Below are positions 1 to 10,256 of a stretch of 64,000 bases of DNA, piece by piece (position 1 is the stretch's first letter; the number at the start of each line of letters is the position of its first letter). Under the pieces are notes generated by a model. It saw only the letters and a list, made by a program, of their open reading frames with translations, was not told where the DNA came from and did no database searches. A program made the position numbers and the translations under genes. Source of the stretch: an uncultured bacterium (lineage in GTDB: Bacteria > Bacteroidota > Bacteroidia > NS11-12g > UBA9320); contig CAXDRX010000001.1 of assembly GCA_963991985.1 (NCBI GenBank), forward strand, positions 3,341-67,340. Direction: 5' to 3'.

Positions 1-307
1 TGTATCCCATCATGTCATCACCTGTAGTAGTAAAATCAAAATCTTTGGGCAAATCTTTTTTCATTACCCAAATTTCTTTTCTCATGAGCATTTTAGCCTC
101 AGTTTCAGAAGATATATCGTCAAATAAAATTGTTCCTGCTTTTTCGTTCAAGGACTTGATTCTAAAAGGTACAGGGCATTCATCAAATGAAATAAAAACG
201 AAATCCATGGATTTTAGTGAGACCGAGGTTTCTACCTTCAAATAGCCTTTAAACCCATGCGGTTTTCCTGTAAGACCCACTGAAGACATGGAATCCCAAG
301 AAAGCAT
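1..307 (-). CDS. rimM: Ribosome maturation factor RimM (5' part; runs off the left edge)
   Basis: Not in the ORF track. Manual translation from ATG 307 gives MLSWDSMSSVGLTGKPHGFKGYLKV...ECPVPFRI...LFDDISSETEAKMLMRKEIWV (KPHGxKG RimM motif). Lies directly downstream of rpsP. Confidence 0.88.
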   Translation of the reverse strand, partial: MLSWDSMSSVGLTGKPHGFKGYLKVETSVSLKSMDFVFISFDECPVPFRIKSLNEKAGTILFDDISSETEAKMLMRKEIWVMKKDLPKDFDFTTTGDDMMGY

Positions 308-309
308 TG

Positions 310-1089
310 TTATTCTTTTGGTGAATCACTTTCAGAAGAATCCTCCTCTTTCGAAGCAGAAATTTCTTCCGAGTCATTTTCATTTTCTTCCCCGCTTTTC
401 ATTGTTCCTTCTGGTTCTGTTTCGGTTTCTTTTTCCGCTTCTGGCTCCTGAGTAGCCTCACTAGAATCTGTGTCACCCTCAGGTGCATCTGCCTCCTCCG
501 CAATAGGTAGCGCCTCTTCAGTTTCCTGTTCTTGGCTTTCCTTCACTGTTGCATCTGGCTCTTCTACATTTGTTTCATCCCCTGCTGAAGCTGAAATTTC
601 TTCTGGGGTTTCTTCTTGAGCTTCTTCTTCGGGTGTATTTCTTGCGGAAATGGCTTCCTCCCTATCCAACCTTATTTTTTGCTCTCGCTCGAAATCTTTG
701 GCCTCAATGGATTCTTTCGCCAGTTTGATTTGCGCCTTTTTTGCTTCTACTTGTTTGGACTTCTCAGACAGCCAAAGGTCAAATTTTTCTTGTACTTCTG
801 ATTCTTTGATCACGCCTAATTTCACTCCTCGGTGCAAATGTTTTTTGTACAAAACGCCTTGATTGCTGAGTATAGTGCGAACTGTATTTGTGGGCTCGGC
901 TCCATGCTGCAACCAACTTAAAGCCTTGTCTATGTCTAAAGTTATGTTGGCTGGATTCGTGTTTGGATTGTAAGATCCTATTCGTTCTATGATTTTTCCG
1001 TCTCGCTTGGCGCGAGCATCTGCCGCCACGATGTGATAAAAGGGTTGTGCTTTTCTTCCGTGTCTTTGTAGTCTAAGTTTTACCGCCAT
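310..1089 (-). CDS. rpsP: 30S ribosomal protein S16 with long acidic C-terminal extension
   Basis: [42 protein letters not shown] is the S16 signature; adjacent to rimM. Confidence 0.97.
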   Translation of the reverse strand: MAVKLRLQRHGRKAQPFYHIVAADARAKRDGKIIERIGSYNPNTNPANITLDIDKALSWLQHGAEPTNTVRTILSNQGVLYKKHLHRGVKLGVIKESEVQEKFDLWLSEKSKQVEAKKAQIKLAKESIEAKDFEREQKIRLDREEAISARNTPEEEAQEETPEEISASAGDETNVEEPDATVKESQEQETEEALPIAEEADAPEGDTDSSEATQEPEAEKETETEPEGTMKSGEENENDSEEISASKEEDSSESDSPKE

Positions 1090-1163
1090 GAGGTTAAATA
1101 ACGCTTGCGTTTTTTTGTGGGTGCAAATGTGCGTATATTATATGAATATGCCAAATACTAGAA

Positions 1164-1171
1164 TATTTTTG
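1164..1171 (+). promoter_or_regulatory. Bacteroidota -7 promoter element (TATTTTTG), 4 nt before the miaE ATG
   Basis: Exact TAnnTTTG match; spacing implies +1 at or near the start codon. Confidence 0.55.
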
Positions 1172-1175
1172 CTTT

Positions 1176-1760
1176 ATGAAGTTGTCGATTGATGTAAAAT
1201 GTGCAAGTCCTATTGACTGGATTGAGGCTGTTCAGACTGATTTCCCCTCTTTTTTACAAGACCATGCAGATTGTGAAAGAAAAGCGAGTAGCATGGCGAT
1301 GAGTTTGGTGGCAAAATACCCCAATAGAGAACTCATCATTGGTGATTTGATCGATACCGCCATTGAAGAGCTTGAACATTTCAACCAGGTTTATCAAATC
1401 ATGAAGGAACGAAACATTCCGTTGCCTTCCAATATGGAGAAGGATATTTATGTCCAAAATCTTTTGAAATGCATGCACTCCGGAATAGAAGAGCGCTTTT
1501 TGGACAGACTTCTCCTTGGTTCTGTAATTGAATGTAGAGGTGCTGAACGTTTCAAACTTGTTGCCGAACATTGTAGTGATGAATCATTAAAAAGATTTTA
1601 CAAACAACTTTGGACTTCCGAGGCAAAACACGGCCATATTTTCGTAAAACTTGCTTTGCATTACTTCGAAGAAAAACAGGTGTATTCTCGATTGGATGAA
1701 TTGACTGATTTGGAAGCTGAAATTTTATTAGCGCTTCCAATTCGGCCAAAATTGCATTGA
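1176..1760 (+). CDS. miaE: tRNA-(ms2io6A37)-hydroxylase MiaE (ferritin-like di-iron)
   Basis: DHADCERKAS, EELEHF, IECRGAERF and SEAKH motifs. Confidence 0.85.
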   Translation: MKLSIDVKCASPIDWIEAVQTDFPSFLQDHADCERKASSMAMSLVAKYPNRELIIGDLIDTAIEELEHFNQVYQIMKERNIPLPSNMEKDIYVQNLLKCMHSGIEERFLDRLLLGSVIECRGAERFKLVAEHCSDESLKRFYKQLWTSEAKHGHIFVKLALHYFEEKQVYSRLDELTDLEAEILLALPIRPKLH

Positions 1761-1785
1761 CAATTTTTACCTACCTTTGATGGAT

Positions 1786-2358
1786 ATGAAAAATATATTC
1801 TTGTTCAGAATTCCACTAATTTTATTAATTACAATGTTTTCTTGTGGTGAAGACGAAACCCCACCTCCCGTAGAACCAAATCCTTTGACTTTAGATGTAA
1901 AAATCAATGACACGATGAGGGATGCTTCAGTAAGCTCTGCAGTTTTGTCTAGTTTTAGTTCTCAAAAAGTACCAGGCAAAAGATTGACAAATGTTTTCAA
2001 GGCAAACAATTTAGATTTAACCATAACCATCGAAAATTGGGATTGGCAAAAACCTATGAACAAAAGTTTGTTGGCAAAAACCTATGGAAAATATGAAGAC
2101 CGAAGCGATGCGGACCAATGCAAAAAAATAGATAATGTTTGGTACTGCGATCGTTTCAACGCAAGCTATAAAATTGGCAACGACTTGTATTACGTGGAGC
2201 AAGATGATCCCAATGCAAGCTTTACCATTGCTTCTTTCGATACGAGTTCGTTACATTATTCAGGCGCTTTTGAAATGAAAATGTATACAATCTTTAGAAC
2301 AGATTCACTGTTTTTCGAAGGCACCTTCGAGAACATTCCTTATTCTGTCGACCCATAA
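1786..2358 (+). CDS. Hypothetical lipoprotein
   Basis: MKNIFLFRIPLILLITMFSC lipobox. ATG 1786 preferred over TTG 1777 because TACCTTTG occupies 1772-1779. Confidence 0.65.
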   Translation: MKNIFLFRIPLILLITMFSCGEDETPPPVEPNPLTLDVKINDTMRDASVSSAVLSSFSSQKVPGKRLTNVFKANNLDLTITIENWDWQKPMNKSLLAKTYGKYEDRSDADQCKKIDNVWYCDRFNASYKIGNDLYYVEQDDPNASFTIASFDTSSLHYSGAFEMKMYTIFRTDSLFFEGTFENIPYSVDP

Positions 2359-2368
2359 ATAAGGAATT

Positions 2369-3244
2369 TTGTTCAACAAAAAAGGGATACTTGTCTCACT
2401 GATTTTATTCCCTATGCTCTCGTTTGGCTGGGGTTTTCAAGCGCACAAAAAAATCAATAGGCTAGCTGTATTCACATTACCAAAACAACTTTTTGGATTT
2501 TACAAAAGACATATTGATGAAATTACCGAGTGGGCAGTAAAAGCAGACCAGAGAAAATCAATCGTCAAAGATGAAGCCCAAAAGCATTACTGTGACTTAG
2601 ATCATTATGAACAAAAGCTTCCTTTAGACACCGTGCCTGTATACTGGAGAAACGCGTTGACAAAATTTTCTAAAGATACTTTGGAGAAATACGGAACCAA
2701 TCCTTGGAATAGTCAGTTCGTATATTCTAAACTGGTGAAAGCCTTCGAAGAAAAAGATGAAAATAAAATTATTAAAATCTCTGCTGATTTGGGTCATTAT
2801 TTGGCGGATTTACATGTTCCACTCCATAGCACCTTAAACTACAACGGCCAATTGACTGGGCAAAAGGGCATCCACAGTTTATGGGAAACAGTACTTGTGA
2901 AATATTTTTCTAAGGATTATAACTTATACACAGGAAAAGCATCTTATATAAGACACATTCCCGAGAGAATATGGGAACGCCAAGCGCAAAGTTTTGCATT
3001 GGTTGACAGTGTTTTTTATTGGGAAAAAGAAATCACTCGAAAATTGGGTCAAAACATGAAATACCAAATTAAAAAAAATGGCTCACAAGCTCGGAAATAT
3101 TACAGTTATGAGTTTTGTGAAGCTTATCATTCAGCTTTGAATGGCATGGTAGAAAGGCGTATGCGAAAATCTATTGATTTTGTTGGTTCAGTTTGGTATT
3201 CTGCATGGGTGGATGCTGGCAAACCAAAGTTGAAAAACATATAG
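2369..3244 (+). CDS. S1/P1 nuclease / zinc-dependent phospholipase C family, exported
   Basis: Signal peptide then WGFQAH (mature N-terminal Trp), ADLGHYLADLHVPLH and GIHSLWE zinc-ligand motifs. Confidence 0.85.
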   Translation: MFNKKGILVSLILFPMLSFGWGFQAHKKINRLAVFTLPKQLFGFYKRHIDEITEWAVKADQRKSIVKDEAQKHYCDLDHYEQKLPLDTVPVYWRNALTKFSKDTLEKYGTNPWNSQFVYSKLVKAFEEKDENKIIKISADLGHYLADLHVPLHSTLNYNGQLTGQKGIHSLWETVLVKYFSKDYNLYTGKASYIRHIPERIWERQAQSFALVDSVFYWEKEITRKLGQNMKYQIKKNGSQARKYYSYEFCEAYHSALNGMVERRMRKSIDFVGSVWYSAWVDAGKPKLKNI

Positions 3245-3254
3245 TTACATCGAC

Positions 3255-3752
3255 ATGAAATATTTTCCTTGCTTATTCATAACCCTTTTCTTCTGTTCAC
3301 CCTCTGTAAAGGCTCAAGAAAATTCAAAATTTTCAAAGGAAGCCTTGGACGCAAGGCTCATCAATACTCAAGGAGACACAATTTTGTTTTCAGAAATTCT
3401 TTCAAAAAATTTGGGAAAGCCTTGTTATTTTGACATGTGGGCGAGCTGGTGTAAAGATTGTATTTCAGGTTTCGCAAAAGTTCAGCATGTCTTCACGAAG
3501 TATAGAACGCATAATCACTTTGTTTTTCTCTCCGTTGACAAGTCTATGGATCAATGGAAAAAGGCTATTGCAAAATATAATATCCCGGGAGAGCATTACT
3601 TGGTTTTGGGTGAATGGAAAAATCCAATCGGAAATTTCCTCCAATTGGACTGGATTCCTAGGTATTTTATTGTTGATTCATCGGGAATTATTTCCGAGTG
3701 GAAAGAAGTTGAAGGGGACCATACCAACCTCCTCCAACAATTGCAAAAATAA
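3255..3752 (+). CDS. TlpA-family thioredoxin-like disulfide reductase
   Basis: Signal peptide, WASWCKDC CxxC motif, WIPRY cis-Pro loop. Confidence 0.85.
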   Translation: MKYFPCLFITLFFCSPSVKAQENSKFSKEALDARLINTQGDTILFSEILSKNLGKPCYFDMWASWCKDCISGFAKVQHVFTKYRTHNHFVFLSVDKSMDQWKKAIAKYNIPGEHYLVLGEWKNPIGNFLQLDWIPRYFIVDSSGIISEWKEVEGDHTNLLQQLQK

Positions 3753-3758
3753 TCTGTT

Positions 3759-4775
3759 CTAATCCTCAAGCCTTCTCAATCCCACACTGGCATTAGAGAA
3801 TGTTGAATCCAACTGCAAACATTTTTGATATAATCTTATTGCCTTTTTGGTATTTCCTTCTGCTTCGAAGCACAAGCCCATCATATACCAAGCTTGAACA
3901 TAAGTAGGCGCCAACTTAGCTGCTTTGCCAAATTGAATTTTTGCCAATCTCCAAAATTCATTTTGAAAATTTATGTAGCCTATATTGTAGATGGATTGTA
4001 CATGACCGGGATTCATTTCCAACAATCGATTATAATCAATAACGGCTTCGTCCAAATAACCCATTTTTTGATAGTAATATGCTCTGCCGTAAAGAGCATC
4101 TAAGCCAAATTCATTCAGTCGAAGCGACATGTTGTAGTAATCTATTGCTTCAGGGCTTTTCTGCTGCGCATAAAGATTGGCAATTTGCACAGCAGAATGA
4201 TAATGAGTAGGGTCCAATTCTAGAATTTTTTTGTAGAGCCGAATGGCTTGCACCGTATCTTTTCTGTCTTTGTGGCTATGGGCCAAATAAAAAATCGCTT
4301 CCGTATTTGTTCCAGCAATATTGAGAGAACGATTTAAGAACAAGATGGCATCTTCTAACTGATTCAAATAGTATTTGTATTTCCCGAGTAAAAAAAGAGC
4401 TTCAGAATCTTTCGGATTTTGCTTGATATACTCATTCAGCACATCGAGCGACTTTTTTATCTGTTGATTCTCAAACAAAAGTTTTATGTAGGGCAATGCA
4501 TATTCAGGTGTATTGGGTTGCTTCTGGCATAAAAAACGATAGTCATTTATGGCCAAGCCTATGAGTCTGTCGTTGTTTACAAGAGATTTTGCACGTTCCA
4601 ATAGATAATTGGTGTTGTTGGGATGAGAATTTACCAATTTGGTCCATTGCTGAGTACTAACGGATAAGGTTGTATCCTGAGATAAATCTTGTGGTTTCAA
4701 ACCATTTTTACTTGTACACGAGAGGATTTGCGCCAAACAAAAAAAGAGCGACAATTTTAAAAATAGCTTTTGCAC
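3759..4775 (-). CDS. Tetratricopeptide-repeat lipoprotein
   Basis: ILSC lipobox; several TPR units (ALFLLGKYKYY, AIRLYKKILELDP, AWYMMGLCF). Confidence 0.85.
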   Translation of the reverse strand: MQKLFLKLSLFFCLAQILSCTSKNGLKPQDLSQDTTLSVSTQQWTKLVNSHPNNTNYLLERAKSLVNNDRLIGLAINDYRFLCQKQPNTPEYALPYIKLLFENQQIKKSLDVLNEYIKQNPKDSEALFLLGKYKYYLNQLEDAILFLNRSLNIAGTNTEAIFYLAHSHKDRKDTVQAIRLYKKILELDPTHYHSAVQIANLYAQQKSPEAIDYYNMSLRLNEFGLDALYGRAYYYQKMGYLDEAVIDYNRLLEMNPGHVQSIYNIGYINFQNEFWRLAKIQFGKAAKLAPTYVQAWYMMGLCFEAEGNTKKAIRLYQKCLQLDSTFSNASVGLRRLED

Positions 4776-4810
4776 GCAGCGAATTTCGTTAATTTTGAGT
4801 ACAATAAATC

Positions 4811-5965
4811 ATGCCGTTTTATCACAAACAAGGTCAAATTCCAAAAAAAAGACATACCCAGTTTAGAAAACAAAATGGTGAACTGTATGCTGAAGAACTG
4901 GTAAGTACAGAGGGTTTTTCCAATATTTATTCACTTATCTACCATTGTCACCCACCAACCATGGTAAAATCTATCAAAAAGTCTGGCAGCATGAAACCAA
5001 ATTTTGTTGTAACGGAAAATTTAAAGCACCGAAGCTTTACTACATTTTCTTTCAAAGCCCATGACGACTATCTAAGGAGTAGAAAAATTTTGATGGGCAA
5101 CAAGGATCTTTATGTAGTAACCGCAGCCCCTAAAAAAAGTATGGAGGACTATTTTTTCAAAAATGCTGATGCAGATGAAGTTTTATTCATTCATGAAGGA
5201 AATGGTGTATTAAAAACCATCTATGGTCAGATTCCTTTTGAATATGGTGATTATTTGGTCATCCCAAGAGGTACCATTTACCAATTGGAGTTTGCGGATA
5301 AAAACAATCGCATTTTTATCACTGAAAGCTTTTCCCCCATCCACCCACCAAAAAGATATTTAAATAATTTTGGTCAACTTCTGGAACATTCTCCCTATTG
5401 TGAAAGAGATATTAAACTCCCGGAGAATCTCATTACTGTTGATGTAAAAGATGATTTTAAGGTTGTAATCAAAAAGTCCGACCAATTGTTTACCTACACC
5501 ATGGCCAGTCACCCTTTCGATGCTATTGGTTGGGATGGATTTGTCTATCCATTTGGTTTCAGCATACACAACTTTGAACCCATCACGGGTCGAGTCCACC
5601 TACCTCCACCAATCCATCAAACCTTTGAGGGAAATAATTTTGTTATTTGTTCTTTTGTTCCAAGACTTTATGATTATCATCCCCAAAGCATTCCGGCCCC
5701 ATACAATCATAGCAATGTAGATAGCGATGAGATATTGTACTATGTAGATGGGGATTTTATGAGCCGCAAACATGTCGAAAAAGGCATGATTACATTGCAC
5801 CCTAAAGGGATTCCACATGGACCTCACCCAGGTACCGTTGAAAAAAGTATCGGCCAGAAAGAAACCAAAGAGCTTGCTGTAATGATTGACCCATTTTATC
5901 CGTTACATCTTACCCAAGATGCATTGGACATAGAAGATCCAGAATATTATAAAAGCTGGATATAA
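4811..5965 (+). CDS. hmgA: Homogentisate 1,2-dioxygenase
   Basis: FKNADADE, HPFDAIGWDG, PYNHSNVDSDE and TLHPKGIPHGPHPG motifs. Confidence 0.93.
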   Translation: MPFYHKQGQIPKKRHTQFRKQNGELYAEELVSTEGFSNIYSLIYHCHPPTMVKSIKKSGSMKPNFVVTENLKHRSFTTFSFKAHDDYLRSRKILMGNKDLYVVTAAPKKSMEDYFFKNADADEVLFIHEGNGVLKTIYGQIPFEYGDYLVIPRGTIYQLEFADKNNRIFITESFSPIHPPKRYLNNFGQLLEHSPYCERDIKLPENLITVDVKDDFKVVIKKSDQLFTYTMASHPFDAIGWDGFVYPFGFSIHNFEPITGRVHLPPPIHQTFEGNNFVICSFVPRLYDYHPQSIPAPYNHSNVDSDEILYYVDGDFMSRKHVEKGMITLHPKGIPHGPHPGTVEKSIGQKETKELAVMIDPFYPLHLTQDALDIEDPEYYKSWI

Positions 5966-5978
5966 AACATAGACTTTT

Positions 5979-6854
5979 TTATAAGAATATTCTAGTTTGA
6001 TATTCTATGAAATATTCTGTCTGAGTTCCAAACTTTTGATAAAAATTTGCAACAGAAGGGATTTGAGAACCTTCGAAATCTAAAAAGATTTTGTTTTTCG
6101 AAAATTTTTTGATGAGTCGATCAATTAAAAATGGCAATGCACCCATTTTTTTTCCTTTAACACTTGGCGCGCCAAGAAGATAATAAAGCCTGCCGTTGTC
6201 CTGTAGAATCAGGGCGGTAGCAAGCAATTCATTTTCTTTTTTCACTCCAATTTGATGCATTTTTATTTGTGTGTTTTTTTTTATTCTATTGAAAAATGCA
6301 TAATCCAAGTTGGTATAGTGCCTTCCATGCGCCTTTTTATACATATTTGTACATGCCTCTACAGAAATATTCTCTTCCCATATCAGTTGGTTTTTCTCAG
6401 CTTTTTTAAGGTTTCTTTTCAAATCGTCTTTGTAACTATCGTAAATATTTTGATAGGTCTGGTGAAGATTTAAAATAAAGTTGGGCCTTTTTTTATGTTT
6501 TTTTAAAAAAGGTGTATTGGAAGCGTTAAAGAAATAATGCGTCTTAAAAATCAACTTCTTACCCAGCATTTTCATAAAGGATTGGAATAAGTCCTGATCG
6601 AATTCAACTTTAGAAAAAACACCCAATTGTTGGCAAAAATTTGGTTGAGTTATGTAGGTTAAAAATCCATATTTCCTTTTGAAGGTAATGGGCATAATTG
6701 CATCATAATCACCAAACACCAGACCAAACCAGCAATTCCCTACGTTTTGGGTCAAGAAATCATAATAAGCATATACCCTTTCTTGCCTAGAATTTTGCAA
6801 GCAGTGGTCCCATTTTTTCTTGTTGATTTCTTTGTGTTGAACAATGCGTACCAA
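5979..6854 (-). CDS. GNAT/FemAB-like acyltransferase family protein
   Basis: INKKKWDHCL start, QPNFCQQLGVFS, C-terminal LDFEGSQIPSVANFYQKFG. Confidence 0.65.
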   Translation of the reverse strand: MVRIVQHKEINKKKWDHCLQNSRQERVYAYYDFLTQNVGNCWFGLVFGDYDAIMPITFKRKYGFLTYITQPNFCQQLGVFSKVEFDQDLFQSFMKMLGKKLIFKTHYFFNASNTPFLKKHKKRPNFILNLHQTYQNIYDSYKDDLKRNLKKAEKNQLIWEENISVEACTNMYKKAHGRHYTNLDYAFFNRIKKNTQIKMHQIGVKKENELLATALILQDNGRLYYLLGAPSVKGKKMGALPFLIDRLIKKFSKNKIFLDFEGSQIPSVANFYQKFGTQTEYFIEYQTRIFL

Positions 6855-6857
6855 AAT

Positions 6858-8486
6858 TTACTCCTGATGAAATGGATACCTGTAATCATCCACTGGATTT
6901 AAATTTTCTTTGATGGTTCGCATGCTTACCCAGCGCAATAAGTTTGCTTTGGCACCTGCCTTATCGTTGGTCCCACTGCCTCTGGCACCACCGAATGGTT
7001 GCTGACCAACAACTGCTCCTGTAGGCTTGTCATTGATGTAAATATTTCCTGCGGCATGTTTCAAGGAATCCAAGGTTTTTTGAATCGCATATCGATCCTT
7101 GGAAAAGACAGCACCAGTAAGGGCATATTCAGAAGTTTTGTCTAACAGAGAAAGGCATTCTTCAAAGTTTTCATCTGAATAAATAAATATCGTTAGCACT
7201 GGACCAAAAATTTCCTCTTCCATGGTTCTATACTTGGGATTGTCCGTTAGAATAACTGTTGGATAGATGAAATAACCTTTGGTTTTGTCAAAATTTCCTC
7301 CAACAATGATTTCAGCGTTTTTGTCTTTTTTTGCTTGCTCCACATAAGCGGTAATTTTATCAAAAGACTTCTCATCAATAACTGCATTAACAAAATTGGA
7401 AAAATCCTCCGTAGGACCTATCTTCAGGGTATTTATCTCCTCAATTAACTTTTCTTTAACCATTGGCCAAAGGGACTTTGGTAAATAGCAACGGGAAGCT
7501 GCAGAACACTTTTGCCCTTGAAATTCAAATGCACCTCTGATCATGTTGGCCACTAGCTCATTGGGCTCGGCGCTTGGGTGTGCCAAAATAAAATCCTTTC
7601 CACCTGTCTCCCCTACAATTCGGGGATATGATTTGTATTTGTCTATATTGTTTCCGATTTCTTTCCACAAGTGCTTAAATACAGATGTAGACCCCGTAAA
7701 ATGCAAACCACCAAAATCGGAATGCTTAAAAATTATTTCTCCAGCTTCAGGGCCATCAACGTATATGAGATTGATTACCCCTTTTGGCAAACCAGCCTTA
7801 ATAAATATTTCCATGACAACTTGAGCAGAATAAATTTGACTATCAGCAGGTTTCCAAACAACAGTATTCCCCATTAGAGCAGGAGCAGCAGGTAAATTTC
7901 CAGCGATGGCGGTAAAGTTAAATGGGGTAATAGCAAATATGAAACCTTCTAAAGGTCTATACTCAACTCTATTCCAAATACCAGCTGAATTTTCTGGAGG
8001 TTGTTCGTTGTAAAGCTCGTATAAATATTGGACGTTGAATCTCAAAAAATCGGCAAACTCACAGGCGGCATCTATTTCAGCTTGAAAAGCATTTTTACTT
8101 TGGGCCAACATGGTGGCGGCATTGATTGTATTTCTGTATTTCCCAGAAACCAATTCTGCTGCCCTAAGAAAAATACTTGCCCTTTGTTGCCATGACATTC
8201 GTTCCCAAGTTGTCTTTGCGTCTTGAGCCGCACTGATGGCTTCTTCGACATTTTTAGCTGTTCCGTAATTATAAACACCCAGCTTATGATTGATGTCGTG
8301 TGGAATGTACATGGCTCTCTTATCGTCTGTAAATACTTCCTTTCCGCCTATGTACATGGGAATGTCTTTTTCAATTTTTCTTAGCCTTGCCAATTCATCC
8401 TTTAATGCCCTTCTCTCTTCACTTCCTTTGGCATAGGAAAGTACTTTCTCATTTGTCGCTTTGGGTGGCTGATATATTCCGTTCAT
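6858..8486 (-). CDS. pruA: L-glutamate gamma-semialdehyde (P5C) dehydrogenase
   Basis: ALDH motifs ITPFNFTAI, FTGST, GETGGKD, QGQKCSA, EEIFGP, QQPFGG. ATG 8486 (MNGIYQPP) preferred since 8561 lies inside the upstream gene. Confidence 0.93.
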   Translation of the reverse strand: MNGIYQPPKATNEKVLSYAKGSEERRALKDELARLRKIEKDIPMYIGGKEVFTDDKRAMYIPHDINHKLGVYNYGTAKNVEEAISAAQDAKTTWERMSWQQRASIFLRAAELVSGKYRNTINAATMLAQSKNAFQAEIDAACEFADFLRFNVQYLYELYNEQPPENSAGIWNRVEYRPLEGFIFAITPFNFTAIAGNLPAAPALMGNTVVWKPADSQIYSAQVVMEIFIKAGLPKGVINLIYVDGPEAGEIIFKHSDFGGLHFTGSTSVFKHLWKEIGNNIDKYKSYPRIVGETGGKDFILAHPSAEPNELVANMIRGAFEFQGQKCSAASRCYLPKSLWPMVKEKLIEEINTLKIGPTEDFSNFVNAVIDEKSFDKITAYVEQAKKDKNAEIIVGGNFDKTKGYFIYPTVILTDNPKYRTMEEEIFGPVLTIFIYSDENFEECLSLLDKTSEYALTGAVFSKDRYAIQKTLDSLKHAAGNIYINDKPTGAVVGQQPFGGARGSGTNDKAGAKANLLRWVSMRTIKENLNPVDDYRYPFHQE

Positions 8487-8490
8487 TTGC

Positions 8491-9168
8491 TTAAATAAAT
8501 TCCTTAAAAATGTTCCAATTTGTTTGGTTTGGGACTTCTGCATGCAAATATATTTTTTCATTTTTTACAGGATGGATAAATTCCAAAGATCTGGCATGCA
8601 AATAAATGAAATTACCCCGGCCTTTGGGTGATCCATATTTTAGATCCCCAACTATTGGGCAGTTTATCGCTGAAAGTTGAGCCCTTATTTGATGTGATCT
8701 TCCTGTCTTTGGAAATACCCTTAATAAGTGTTTGTGATTGCCCGCACCCAAATATTCATAACTTAGAATTGCTTTTTTGCTTTCTTTCTTTTCGCTTGCG
8801 TAAGCTTTGGTTATGTTTTTTTGCCGATTCTTGAGCAAAAAATGAACCAGTTCTGCTTGCAGCTTTTTAGGTTTCTTTTCAACTACCGCCAAGTAGGTTT
8901 TTTTTATTTTGCGCTCTTGAAAAAGTCGATTCAGCCTTGGAAGTATTTTACTTGACTTGGCTAAAATCAAAATCCCGCTTACAGGTCTATCCAATCGATG
9001 GGCTGCTTCTAACCATGCATTTCCCGGTTTTTTATCTCGGCTTTTTAAAAAAGATTTATACCCTTCAAGTACAGAGATATCCTTGCTTTTGTCTTCTTGT
9101 ACCAGTTCTCCTGCGGGTTTATTAACGACCAATAAATGATTGTCCTCGTAAATGATTTTTGTTTCCAT
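8491..9168 (-). CDS. RluA-family pseudouridine synthase
   Basis: IIYEDNHLLVVNKPAG, HRLDRPVSG, TGRSHQIRAQL, PIVGDLKYG. Alternative start at 9177. Confidence 0.92.
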   Translation of the reverse strand: METKIIYEDNHLLVVNKPAGELVQEDKSKDISVLEGYKSFLKSRDKKPGNAWLEAAHRLDRPVSGILILAKSSKILPRLNRLFQERKIKKTYLAVVEKKPKKLQAELVHFLLKNRQKNITKAYASEKKESKKAILSYEYLGAGNHKHLLRVFPKTGRSHQIRAQLSAINCPIVGDLKYGSPKGRGNFIYLHARSLEFIHPVKNEKIYLHAEVPNQTNWNIFKEFI

Positions 9169-9170
9169 CC

Positions 9171-10193
9171 TTACCATATATTTACTTCGGGCTGCAGGTA
9201 GATTTTAAATCTGCTTTTTACTGAATGTATAATATCCTCTGCTAGTCTTTGGATTTCAAGACCGGTTGAATTCCCATAATTGACCAAAACCAATGGTTGT
9301 TTTGAATAGGTTCCAACATTATTTTTCCGAAAGTTTTTCCATCCAGCACGATCTATAAGCCAAGCAGCTGGGACCTTGATCAAATTCTCTTCCAAAACAT
9401 AATGAGGAACAACAGAGTAAAGAGTAAGAAGATATTTAAACTGCTCTTTTGTAATGACTGGGTTTTTAAAAAAGGAGCCAGCATTGCCCAATTTTTCAGG
9501 ATCGGGAAGCTTCGACTGCCTTACTGCTATAACAGCTTTTGATATATCTTGAATGCTCGGTTCTTGTATATTGAGCTCGTCCAATTTATCTTTTAAACTG
9601 GCATAGGATGCATTTATTTGATGATTGTTTTTACTCAAACGAAGGGTTACATCTGTAATTACGGCTTTGCCTTTTAGATCATTTTTGAAAACACTATTCC
9701 TATAGCCAAAGCCCATTTCATCTTTGGACAATGTGAAAAACTTTTTTTGGTCCAAATGGAAAGCCCTCAATTCAATGAAAACATTTTGAAGTTCTTGACC
9801 ATATGCACCAATATTTTGGATGGGTGCTGCACCCACTGTACCTGGTATAAGTGACAAGTTTTCGATGCCTCCTAAATTGTTTTGCAAGCTCCATAAAACT
9901 GTTTTATGCCAATTTTCACCTGCTCCAAACCTTACATTCAAAAATTGTTTGTTCTGATTGAGCACCTCAACCCCCATGATTTGGTTTAGCAATACAAGTC
10001 CTTCATGGTCTTTTGTAAACAAAATGTTGCTACCGCCACCTAAGGTGATTTTTGATAGTCCATCTAGTGTACGAATTTGTGATGATGCAATTAAATCATC
10101 TGGTTTGTTAATTTTTACAAAAAACTTTGCTTTCACATCAATCCCAAAAGTATTGTATGATTTGAGCGATTGATTTTCAACCAGCAGAGCCAT
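9171..10193 (-). CDS. murB: UDP-N-acetylmuramate dehydrogenase
   Basis: LGGGSNILF, IPGTVGAAPIQNIGAYG, FGYRNSVFK, GNAGSFFKNP, LQPEV. Confidence 0.96.
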   Translation of the reverse strand: MALLVENQSLKSYNTFGIDVKAKFFVKINKPDDLIASSQIRTLDGLSKITLGGGSNILFTKDHEGLVLLNQIMGVEVLNQNKQFLNVRFGAGENWHKTVLWSLQNNLGGIENLSLIPGTVGAAPIQNIGAYGQELQNVFIELRAFHLDQKKFFTLSKDEMGFGYRNSVFKNDLKGKAVITDVTLRLSKNNHQINASYASLKDKLDELNIQEPSIQDISKAVIAVRQSKLPDPEKLGNAGSFFKNPVITKEQFKYLLTLYSVVPHYVLEENLIKVPAAWLIDRAGWKNFRKNNVGTYSKQPLVLVNYGNSTGLEIQRLAEDIIHSVKSRFKIYLQPEVNIW

Positions 10194-10256
10194 CGAATGA
10201 CAAAACTATAACTTTCCAAAAGGAAGTTACCCAAAACAAAAAAGTTTCTAAAAATC

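Noticed and set aside
12-245. 77-aa plus-strand ORF
   Set aside because: Antisense shadow of rimM, which reads on the minus strand from 307.
8487-8561. Longer ORF-track starts for pruA (also 21448, 39811, 46673, 54552, 60809, 62393)
   Set aside because: They overlap neighbouring genes or promoter boxes; downstream starts fit signal peptides, family N-termini and -7 boxes better.
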